NCBI RefSeq assembly: GCF_947568905.1
Contig: NC_079172.1
Span: forward strand, 14,012,001-14,076,000
Length of the DNA stretch: 64,000 nucleotides
Origin: Ostrea edulis
Taxonomy: Eukaryota
Direction of reading: 5' to 3'
In this document: one piece after another, positions 56,519-64,000 of the stretch
Numbering within the stretch: the stretch's first letter is position 1
Layout: each line of letters starts with the position of its first letter
The notes under the pieces: generated by a model
The model's database searches: none
The model's input: only the letters and a program-made list of their open reading frames with translations
What the model was told of the DNA's origin: nothing
Position numbers and translations under genes: made by a program

Positions 56519-59500
56519 GGGGGGGGGGGAGTTTCAAAAGTTGGCTATGAAGTAGTCGTAGTTGCAAAGGAAATATAGGAATATTTCCAATGTGCAATAT
56601 AAAAGTTAAAATTAAAAAAAAACCTACAATAGGGTTTTAATCCAAATTAAAGAATGATTTTAAAAAAGATAATAAGCTTACTAATTGTAAGGGAAAATAA
56701 AAAGTTTGGGTCATTGGCAATTTTTTTCAGGTTAGCATGTCAAGAGACGATTTTTGGCCATTTTTCAAGAAAAATGTCATTAGATAAGAAATGGATAAGT
56801 TTTCTACTTATAGTTTCATACTTTTCCTTAATACTAAATAATTATATGGATTAAGGAAAAGTTTATCGATCATATATAAACACTGAGTCATTGCATAATA
56901 TTCCAGGGGTGGTGTCAAAATATGTGATGTATGAACTGTCACGACATCATAAAATCATTCAGCTTGCGTAAATCTTCATTTCTGCTGTTCAATCTCGAGC
57001 CATTTTGAATTTTTGCATTTTGGAAAAACAAACTATGATACGATTCTGTTAAAGTGTAACGCCGTAGAATTTCCCCATATAAACCCCCAAAAGGATGTTT
57101 CCATTTTACATTGAACCGTAAAATTGTGCTTAAATTAAGCCAACCATTTTATAAACAAAGACAATCATGTAGTTAGTATAAGGTGAAGATAACGAACAGT
57201 GATCAATCTCATTACTCCTATAAGCAACACAAATAGAGAGTTGGGCAAACACGGACCCCTGAATATATCAGAGGTGGGATCAGGTGCCTTGGAGGAATAA
57301 CCATCCTCTGTCAACCGGTCACACCCGCCGTGATCCCTATATCTTGGTCAGATACACGGAGTTATCCGTAGGCAAAATCAGTATGACAAGAGCGGCCTAA
57401 CAATCGATATGAAAAAATTCAGACAGCATTTGACCCAATGATAGGTTGTATTGGAAAACTAGATTGTTATAACGAACGTAGAACAATGAAATAAATTCTA
57501 GTTGTTGAACGAGTTTTGGAATCACACCATGTACGCCCCTCTATATTAGAATGTCTATAATGTGAAAGGTCGATGAGAACTGAATTTACCATCCAAGTTA
57601 GAGCTATAGTCACTCGAAAGCTGTCTCTGTAATATGTTTACCGAAGCAGTGCCACACCACATCTATTTTACCTGTCATTTAACCNNNNNNNNNNNNNNNN
57701 NNNNNNNNNNNNNNNNNNNNNNNNNNNNNNNNNNNNNNNNNNNNNNNNNNNNNNNNNNNNNNNNNNNNNNNNNNNNNNNNNNNNNNNNNNNNNNNNNNNN
57801 NNNNNNNNNNNNNNNNNNNNNNNNNNNNNNNNNNNNNNNNNNNNNNNNNNNNNNNNNNNNNNNNNNNNNNNNNNNNNNNNNNNNCATTTAACCATGCATA
57901 TGTTTTATTCTATTTTCCTACGACTTCAAACTTCTAGCATTTACATACACTATAATGAAGCTGCCTATATGCTTTGGTTGTAATTAAATATACAGGTAAC
58001 ACACAATACATTAATTGGAAAGGAAGAAAAACTCATATCATTTTTAAGGAATGAAAATACTATCCCTTATGTATAATACATTTGATGGAATGAAATGTTA
58101 TACGGGTCATTCATTGCCTAATGTTTCTCTCTGTAACATCTGTAAATTATATATGATGCAGGTTTGATAGCCCATTCACTATTTTCACCTTTCAGTGATG
58201 AAATGTTATACATGTTCCAAAGGAAAAAAGAATAGTGACTGCACCAAAATAGAGGAATGCAAGAAGGATGAAGAGGTAAATAGTGAAAAGCAAACCAACC
58301 CACTTTTTTTTTAAATGTGCAAACATGTGATTCTGAATATATCACAAATTGATATTGTTAAATTACATATGCAGTGAACAGGTGTTTCACTTGTAAAATG
58401 TTAAACTGTTACAATATAATCTTGATAGTTCAAAATACGTTTTATTATTATTGATAACAATCTGAGAATCTCTTGAATTCAACAGTCTTGTGAAACTAAA
58501 ATCCGACGAGACAAAGCTGAAATCAGTAAGAAATGCGTAAAGACAAAATACTGCAAGGCCAAATGTGACAAGAAAGACAAAGAATGTACCCTTTGTTGCA
58601 CTGGAGAACTCTGTAATAAGAACCAAGGTGATATATCATAGATATACAAATATATGTATCAATGCTTGTTATGAATTATTGTAAAGGTGCAAAGTGCGAT
58701 TTTGACGATGCTTTTGTGTGTTAGGATACGCTGAATTCAAGTCCTGGGGATCTTGGTCGTCCTGTAGCAACAAATGTGGAGGAGGCAAGCAAAGTAGAAC
58801 GAGGACTTGTTCATCTACTGGTGATGTTCCTTGTTCAGGTGATACCAAGGAGGAACAAGACTGTAACAATCAGGCCTGTCGTAAGTACAACAATCCAGCT
58901 ATTTTAACCTATAATGATCCCATTGATATCGATAGGTAAATCCTATTAACATTGTGTATCTGATGTCAAGCTATAATGAGATTGAATCTTCACTTTTCAT
59001 ATTAATGTACACAGGAAAAACTGTTTTGAAGTCTTCTCTAGAACAGCAGGGTCATGTTATTTATATTGGTATTGACACATACCCATGAAGTACGGTTATG
59101 TCCCTTTTGGCGATAGTTTGGGACATAATATGGGATAAAAATGTTTCATGCAATAAAAAAAGTGGGTTTTTTTTAATTCACAAAAGCTGAACGACGACAG
59201 GGCCAATGTGACTTAGGTTAGGGGTGTGATCCATGGACCTCTTGTTTTAAATGCTTTACGATACTATGTCATGCTTGTAATCTTTCTGCAATGTCATCAG
59301 TCTGATGCTGTTGTGAATATTGTATAATGATTTTGGGTAGACGGTCCTGTAAACCCCACTGAATACGTCTCATGATGTTGGACCTGAAGTTGTATAACGA
59401 TTTCATCGTGTGATTTATACATTCCCATGGAACAATCGATATTTCTTGGTACAATATGGAATGAAAATACAATTTATATTAGCTCAACAATAATGTGTAT

Positions 59501-61901
59501 AACTAGTTCGGTATTCTACTGATAACCTTTGTGATACGACCATTTGAACAGGATAGATTCTGATGCTTTAGTGACTTTGATATTGACTTTTGATGCTCGT
59601 GCTAGTTACCCTTTGAAGTACCGGGATGTAGTCGAAGAATTTGCTAGGTGGTGTATATGAAGTTGAAAAGGTCGTTTCGACAGAGCATACCCTGCGTCCT
59701 ACATGCGTTTCTCATTATCCTTAATATTGTCTCCAGCTTATTTATCTAGAAGTAAAAGGAGATTGTTATATAGTGTGTATAAACCCATCTAACACTACTA
59801 CGTTCACCAACCTTGCGTTTCACACCCATTAAAGTTACTTTTCGAGAATGACAATATTTCTTAAAACTTTTCAAGTAATCTGTCAGGAAGAAACCTTTGA
59901 TAATAATTCAGCGCAATTAATGAGAGAGACGTGGAATAAAATGGCCACTCTCGTCTGTGATATTTGTGTTTCACAACTATACTTATATTCATTATTTTAG
60001 TAATGAGGTGTTATACTTGTTCATATGGAAAGAAGAACAGCGATTGCACAAAGATGGAGGAATGTAAAAAAGATGAAGAGGTAATTTCAGATCAGCTCAT
60101 ATGTCTATTGATAACTTCATTGTTATTTCGGATTTGAAACATTTCGGTTGAGCATCACTGAAGAGACATTATTTGTCGAAATGCGCATCTGGTGCATCAA
60201 AATTGGTACCGTATAAGTTTTACATAACAACATTTTGGAACTGAATAACTACATCTAAAGAGAATTCATTTACATTAACGTCGTTTAGTTTCAAGACACT
60301 AGCCAATAATACATTTCACAAGTTCTAAAATTAAAATTTTCATTGAATAATAATAATCATTACAAATAAAATGAGTTACACGATCTGTGATATTTTACAG
60401 TCTTGTGAAACCAAGATTCGTAGAGACAAGGCCGAAATCAAGAAAAAGTGCCAAAAGACTAAATATTGCAAGGCCAAGTGTGAGAAGAACGACAAAGAAT
60501 GCACGCTCTGTTGTACTGGGGATCTCTGTAATAAAAACCAAGGTGAAATATAGCTGATTAGAAAATATGTTATAGCTATATACTTCAAGGATTCAATGAA
60601 AGTATCTACAGTGTGATTGTAATTGAATGGTTTTTTTTTTATCAGGATACGCGGAATTTAAATCCTGGGGATCTTGGTCGTCCTGTAACAAAAAATGTGG
60701 AGGAGGCAAGCGAAGTAGAACGAGGACTTGTTCATCTACTGGTGATGTTCCTTGTTCAGGTGATACCAAGGAGGAACAAGACTGCAACAATCAGGCCTGT
60801 CGTAAGTTCTAACATTACAGCTGATTTAACGTATAATGCTCCCATTGCCTGTATGATAAATCAATCGATAGAAAACTTCCGAATCATTCGGATAAGTGGT
60901 GCCAAGTCAAGGTGCAATAATGAGATAACTTCAAACAGTAGAGATTGTATTATGATCAGGTAGAGAAACTTAAGCTTTCTTTAGAACACCTTTTTTATAT
61001 ACATTGTGAGACTAATTTATGTGATGTTTAAAATGGACAGGTGTTGTGTAAATTGTATCATGATATGGGGTTTACGACCCTCTTCAGTCCACTCAACCTC
61101 GTGTCATGAGGATAGACCTGTTGTTGCGTAACCAAATCAAGGTGTAATTTATTGAACCTCATCAAGCAACTAATTTTCATGGTGGAATTTGTACGTGCAT
61201 TTTGGAATGAAAAGACAGTTTGATATGTTACTCTCCTTTGCAATTTTACTAATAATCTTTGTGGTAAGACCTGGACATTGATACAAGTCACCGTTCGCGA
61301 CGGGTGTGACCGGTCGACAAGGGATAGGCACATGGTCCCACCTCTGGTGTGTCCAGGGGTCCGTGTTTGCCCAACTATCTATTTTGTATTGCTTATAGGA
61401 GTTATGAGATTGATCACTGTTCGTTATCTTCACCTTTCATACACTTACTGAGTATTGTATGAAGTACAGGGATGCTGGAGAAGAATTTGATAATTGGCGG
61501 ATGTAATGCTGTGGACAAGGTCTTTTCAACAACACTAACCTTGTTATGATGACATTTTTTTTATTTGTTCCTATCGAAATCCTAATATAGTTTGTTGTTA
61601 TTTATGTAGAAGTAAAAGAGATTTGCTATTTGTTGTGTGCAACCATTTTTATATGCAATCATATAACTTTGCAACTACCTCCATTTATCGTTAATACCAA
61701 CATTTCCTGAACGCATTTACTCTTCTGTAAGTGGGAATCTTGAGAGGAATTTAGTAGAAGATCAATAGCTCTCACAAGCGATAGTTGTGTTTCACAAGCA
61801 TGGATATATTAATCTTTTCAGCAATGAGGTGCTATACTTGTTCGTATGGGAAGAAGAACAGCGACTGCTCAAAGACGGAGGAATGCAAAAAAGATGAACA
61901 G
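49284..61901 (+). CDS. Secreted IgGFc-binding-domain protein with DGxDNDCDG motif, TSP1 domain and tandem Ly6/uPAR(three-finger)-TSP1 units, 3'-partial
   Basis: Exons 49284-49287 (ATG G; inferred), 51046-51117, 52247-52457, 54131-55190, 55326-55425, 55633-55683, 55773-55964, 58196-58275, 58486-58627, 58725-58880, 60001-60080, 60401-60542, 60646-60801, 61822-61901, all phase-compatible. Signal peptide MGCFSGGVGLSLLLLCGVFYTACSKG. FCGBP-N-type motifs DNRGTEFIIGYMEN, SDHLVEQMMPVNTWGKTF, DPAMMIIPP and FGGFLYG. TSP1 motifs WSTWSSYGACSVTC and WGSWSSCSNKCGGGKQSRTRTC. LU domains CYTC...CCTGELCN. Confidence 0.85.
50630..50843 (+). mobile_element. Short Helentron-type (HINE-like) element
   Basis: TTTTTAGGTCACCTGAA...GTCCGTCATC...GGTGAGCGTTAAGATCCCATGGACCTCTTGT. 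Related fragments occur at 23608-23655 (5' end) and about 59000-59245 (3' end CCATGGACCTCTTGT). Confidence 0.55.
52860..53826. repeat. CpG-rich intronic block dense in ACGAT/ATCGT pentamers, probable transposon remnant
   Basis: About 20 ACGAT/ATCGT copies counted by eye in about 850 bp. It ends in ATCGTGATAGTGGGAATCTAGCAT; no partner TIR was found. Confidence 0.4.
57178..57475 (+). repeat. Interspersed retroelement-like repeat; second copy inverted at about 61300-61438
   Basis: AAGGTGAAGATAACGAACAGTGATCAATCTCAT...GTTGGGCAAACACGGACCCCTG...ACCGGTCACACCCG is present on + at 57180 and on - at 61300-61438. Confidence 0.7.
57685..57884. other. Assembly gap (200 N)
   Basis: Run of N; CATTTAACC is present on both flanks. 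Confidence 1.
60148..60200 (+). ncRNA. Minimal type I hammerhead ribozyme motif (Penelope-like element type), intronic
   Basis: Stem I TTGA-GCATCA (60148-57) pairs with TGGTGC-A-TCAA (60190-200). Core CTGAAGA at 60158-64. Stem II GACA/TTATT/TGTC at 60165-77. GAAA at 60178-81. Palindromic mini stem III TGCGCA at 60182-87. AUC triplet with predicted cleavage after 60189. Confidence 0.82.
61040..61440 (-). repeat. Inverted copy of the 57178 interspersed repeat plus adjoining sequence
   Basis: Its reverse complement aligns with 57179-57335 over about 140-150 bp. Confidence 0.6.
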
Positions 61902-62024
61902 GTATTTCAAGATCACCTTAAAGGTTTATTGATGAGCAACTGTATGTAGGGAAGGTTATTAACATCTACGTCATTCAATTTTAAAGTACTAATCAATAAT
62001 TGAGTAGAAAGTAATAAGCATTAA

Positions 62025-63532
62025 AGGACATATTACATGTTTCCAAAGTATACAAAATTATATGCATTTTGTCTTTCTTATGTGTATAGTAATGAATTCT
62101 AGAGTTTATACACCGAAATATTGCAATAATTAGCCACAATAGGGACTTAAATCTAATCCCCGATGTCAAAAAAGTATCATTAGTTAGTTAAATAATCACA
62201 TGGTAGAGTGACGTCATATACGACCTTCTTCGATCAACTGATTATGAAAGTAGCGTTAGATATTTCTTAAAGTTCGCGTTTTTAGGGGCCTAATTAATTC
62301 ACCATGGACAACATTTATTTCGATGTTGACAGATTTACCGAGTCTTTTATGTTTTAGCCACCAGTGCATATAAATAGCAATGTATATACCCAAATGTAAC
62401 GAGGAAAGCGAGTATGAGATCGGCAATTGCGAGGGAAAATGTTTACATGGTTCGCTGTCTAAACACTATTTGGTAATGTTATTCTTTTAACATATGCAAT
62501 TAGAGTTGCTGTAAAAAAATAAACAGTGCATTTATTTTTGGATTAGATATATTATGATACGATACATCATTGACAACTACGCCTAGCTAGGCCTATCCTC
62601 ACGGGTGCATTTCGGGGAAAAAATGAATAAAAATGATAAAATTTATAGTTCTTTATTTGAATCTTATTTATTTTTTTTAATCTACACGTCGTTAGGGAGT
62701 GGGAGCACGGCGTTTATAACTTATTCGTACTGTGCGTCTTGTTGTTGTAAACGCAATCATTAAAAAATGAAAGCATTATACATGTAATTCAATTCAAAGT
62801 TAGGAAATACAATATTTTATTATTTATAATTAAAAGTTCGATCGTTTTTTATCCTTATAATTTTTGTAAATCTACCAGTTGGTAGAAACTGGGAGCACAA
62901 TTTATATGTTGTTATAAGGTGAAGGTCAGTTACAGTGCGAATTAGTATTGAATTTTAAGACCAGAACGGAGTGCATATGCTATAGGCCTAGCAGTGCTTG
63001 GTTTCGGGAAAAAAACCCATTTTTTATCTGGGTCTCTGTCCAACTCCTTTTTGAAAAAGTACATGGACAAAGGCTAGTGTTTTTTATGGCAAAGACCTTG
63101 CGCCGACAAAACAAAAAATAGCCACGTCTTTTCCTTCATACATTCCTTCGAAAATTGAAAAAAGCCCCAGTCTAAATCCTTTCTACTGACTGCTAGTACA
63201 CCCTTAAACGGCACAAAACACCCTAATGCAATGTTATTTACAAGCCGTTAACGTGATGAATGACTTTTTTGACGATTAAATCTAATCTGTGTATGAATTG
63301 GCTAACAATTCCTTTCAAACCTTATCGCTCGAGGTCGCTTATGACGTTACACATAATAGCGCGTAAAATATCGAAGTAAATATGCATATCGCAAGATTTG
63401 AATTTCATCACTTTCAAACTCGACAACTACGCAAACTGTTTCATTTAAAACACATGGAAAGTAGTTTTAGGCATGAAATGAATTGATTTTGCTGAAAAAA
63501 TTTAGAAGATATAGAAAAATGCGATGTGTCCT
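62025..63532. mobile_element. Non-autonomous DNA transposon with TTAA target-site duplication (Kolobok-like)
   Basis: TTAA|AGGACATATTACATG at 62021 and CATTTTT...GCGATGTGTCCT|TTAA ending at 63536 form an imperfect inverted repeat (about 18/22 including the TTAA) with AG termini. No ORF inside. Confidence 0.6.
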
Positions 63533-64000
63533 TTAATTTTACAATGAATAAAGAAATTCTTATCTTAACATCTATCCTTTTTAGTTGATAAATTCTGAAA
63601 CGCTTGCTCCAGAGTTACTGTTTGGACCTTTCATATAGCTTGATCTATGAGACGAAGTCCAATATAATGGAATCGTATTTAATAAGCAAATATTGTGAAA
63701 TTAATTCAAAACCTACGTTCGTTTTCGATAAACTACCTTGAAATAACAAAACTATAAACATGGTTATGTCAACAAACGGAAGCATTTGAAGCTGAGAGTT
63801 TTCGGGTCACATGGGGCTTTGATAAATGTTTGAAGGTATGTTTGGACACAAGTATAGTGGGAAAATATGTTAGGAATTTTTTGATACTATATTATTTTTG
63901 AGACAGCGATGCAAGAATAACGATACAAGACCTCAACAGTGTACATTTTTGTCTACGCCGTAAATCGAAGGTTTTTATAAAGGGGGAATCTGTAACTCTC

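Noticed and set aside
56486-56530. Long poly-G run (also poly-G/C at about 2995, 7608, 19280, 20179, 42314) as functional G-quadruplexes
   Set aside because: Simple homopolymers, common in such assemblies and prone to length error; no evidence of function.
59270-59720. Possible transposase relic on the minus strand (DAGYAL-like text)
   Set aside because: Too fragmentary to assign.
61075-61095. CTGAAGAG-GG..CC on the minus strand, and CTGATGA...GAAA near 59280-59300, as further hammerheads
   Set aside because: The first lacks GAAA after stem II; the second has no stem II pairing.

Overview
Eukaryotic, AT-rich, intron-containing animal DNA, not prokaryotic. Its repeat families look like those of a bivalve, most likely a true oyster (Ostreidae); this is recalled from repeat families, not a database result. 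There are four protein-coding loci, all reconstructed by hand from GT-AG splice sites and intron phase. (1) 2325-33865 (+): the 3' part of an STE20-like kinase gene (SLK/LOK/Slik family), from kinase subdomain IX to the coiled-coil tail. It has an unusual set of candidate alternative exons, including an 872-nt coding exon inside a 12.3-kb intron that would give a kinase-less isoform. (2) 37327-39056 (-): a two-exon cytosolic TIR + NHL-like beta-propeller gene, interrupted by one extra A in an A8 run. (3) 43441-45648 (+): a three-exon gene fusing the USP4/11/15-type DUSP-UBL module, with no catalytic domain, to a coiled coil and a KCTD-type BTB domain. It lies head-to-head with the TIR gene. 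(4) 49284 to beyond 61901 (+): a secreted protein made of an IgGFc-binding N-terminal domain, a DGxDNDCDG motif, a TSP1 domain and tandem Lys-rich three-finger (Ly6/uPAR)-TSP1 units; it runs off the window. One intron of gene 4 holds a minimal type I hammerhead ribozyme on the sense strand. The window also contains an internally deleted mariner element, SINEs sharing a 3' tail, Helentron-type elements, MITEs, several minisatellites and two assembly gaps.
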